Assembly: GCF_001194135.2 (NCBI RefSeq) | Contig: NC_068983.1 | Coordinates: forward strand, 57,743,880-57,793,264 | Reading direction: 5' to 3' | Source of the DNA: Octopus bimaculoides | Lineage: Eukaryota | Length of the DNA: 49,385 nucleotides | Shown: one piece after another, positions 49,156-49,385 of the stretch | Layout of the letters: every line of letters starts with the position of its first letter | How positions within the stretch are numbered: position 1 is the first letter of the stretch | Program-made: the position numbers and the translations under genes | Notes under the pieces: generated by a model | The model's input: the letters and a program-made list of their open reading frames with translations, nothing else | Databases searched by the model: none | What the model was told of the DNA's origin: nothing

Positions 49156-49385
49156 ATGCAGTATATTACACTGTAACATTTGAAGAGCTAATGCCTCTCC
49201 CAAATCTACAGACAAAGCAAAAATGTATTGAAAATTTAATCCAAAGCATAGTTTAATACACACAGACATAAATGAACATAAACAACACACACACACGCAC
49301 GCACGCACGCACGCACGCACGCAGACACGTACACACACATTTCTGCATATATACATGTGTGTGTGTATGTATATGAATATATATA

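Overview
AT-rich, repeat-dominated eukaryotic DNA with about 4.8 kb of N gaps and very dense di-, tri- and tetranucleotide microsatellites. From the repeat families I infer an octopus (coleoid cephalopod) intron or intergenic region; this is recollection, not a database result. No host protein-coding gene can be supported, and nearly all long ORFs in the track are microsatellite or N artefacts. Recognisable content: a decayed Ty3/Gypsy pol with a nested LTR-like piece, two Tc1/mariner fragments, an RTE LINE 3' end, two R4/Dong-type LINE fragments abutting (AAT)n arrays, a piggyBac-type MITE and dozens of SINE-like copies. The SINE family labels A-D and G are my own. The most interesting signal is two unrelated repeat families carrying minimal type I hammerhead-ribozyme folds of the kind known from Penelope-like elements. 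One is the tail of a tRNA-headed SINE-like element; the other has a shared non-canonical CUGUNGA core. Ribozyme activity is untested and most repeat boundaries are approximate.
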